IMG/VR virus record: IMGVR_UViG_3300033145_000668
Coordinates: 1-64,000 of that record
DNA: 64,000 nucleotides
Strand: one strand, 5' to 3'
DNA from: a virus
Shown: positions 63,875 to 64,000 of the stretch, piece by piece
Layout: each line of letters starts with the position of its first letter
How positions within the stretch are numbered: position 1 is the stretch's first letter
Made by a program: the position numbers and the translations under genes
Notes under the pieces: model-generated
What the model was told of the DNA's origin: nothing
What the model saw: the letters and a program-made list of their open reading frames with translations, nothing else
Databases searched by the model: none

Positions 63875-64000
63875 CCTCTTTTATTTCTAATCGTTTAATT
63901 GAACTCCTAAGAAATGGAGTTGGAATTGAGTCCGATAATATTGTTAGAAATACATGCGTTTCATCATAATCAATAAAAATTCCATCTCGTGGTCGAATTT
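63867..64000 (-). CDS. partial hypothetical protein (C-terminus)
   Basis: Open frame ...IRPRDGIFIDYDETHVFLTILSDSIPTPFLRSSIKRLEIKEDD*. Confidence 0.5.
   Translation of the reverse strand, partial: IRPRDGIFIDYDETHVFLTILSDSIPTPFLRSSIKRLEIKEDD

Noticed and set aside
1-64000. Stop-codon reassignment
   Set aside because: TAA, TAG and TGA all terminate intact genes under code 11, and no suppressor tRNA is present.

Overview
AT-rich fragment of a tailed dsDNA virus (Caudoviricetes, siphovirus-like), most likely infecting an archaeon. The host call rests on TTTATAAA promoters, an A1:U72 tRNA-Gln, GCC-initiated tRNA-Ser, PolB and an AEP primase. The + strand (1-36125) carries the end of a tRNA array (16 tRNAs, one HNH insertion, one unexplained structured RNA), a DUF2828/TROVE-vWA (Ro60-like) gene, a terminase split into two genes, portal, protease/scaffold, HK97-type capsid, neck, fibre, tail tube, a frameshifted tail chaperone, tape measure, tail tip and candidate lysis and accessory genes. 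The - strand (36111-64000) carries a primase-helicase, a 7-deazaguanine cluster (QueD, QueE, PRTase, FolE2, QueD-paralog/LAGLIDADG fusion, TGT-fold protein), PolB, a Cas4-like nuclease and a ~16 kb glycan-tailoring operon (glycosyltransferases, four radical SAM enzymes, split transketolase, SDR, methyltransferases). The best candidates for undescribed biology are: (1) a Ro60-like gene with a tRNA-Tyr anticodon mimic in its leader, next to tRNAs whose 19:56 elbow pair is compensatorily rewired; (2) virion-wide Ser-Gly/Gly-Ser enrichment paired with the glycosylation operon; (3) a QueC-less deazaguanine pathway with a PRTase beside a PolB that has altered catalytic motifs; (4) DNA-level conserved repeats in the fibre gene; (5) a bipartite CTATATAG-N14-TATA promoter. 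All functional calls come from reading motifs by eye; no searches were run.
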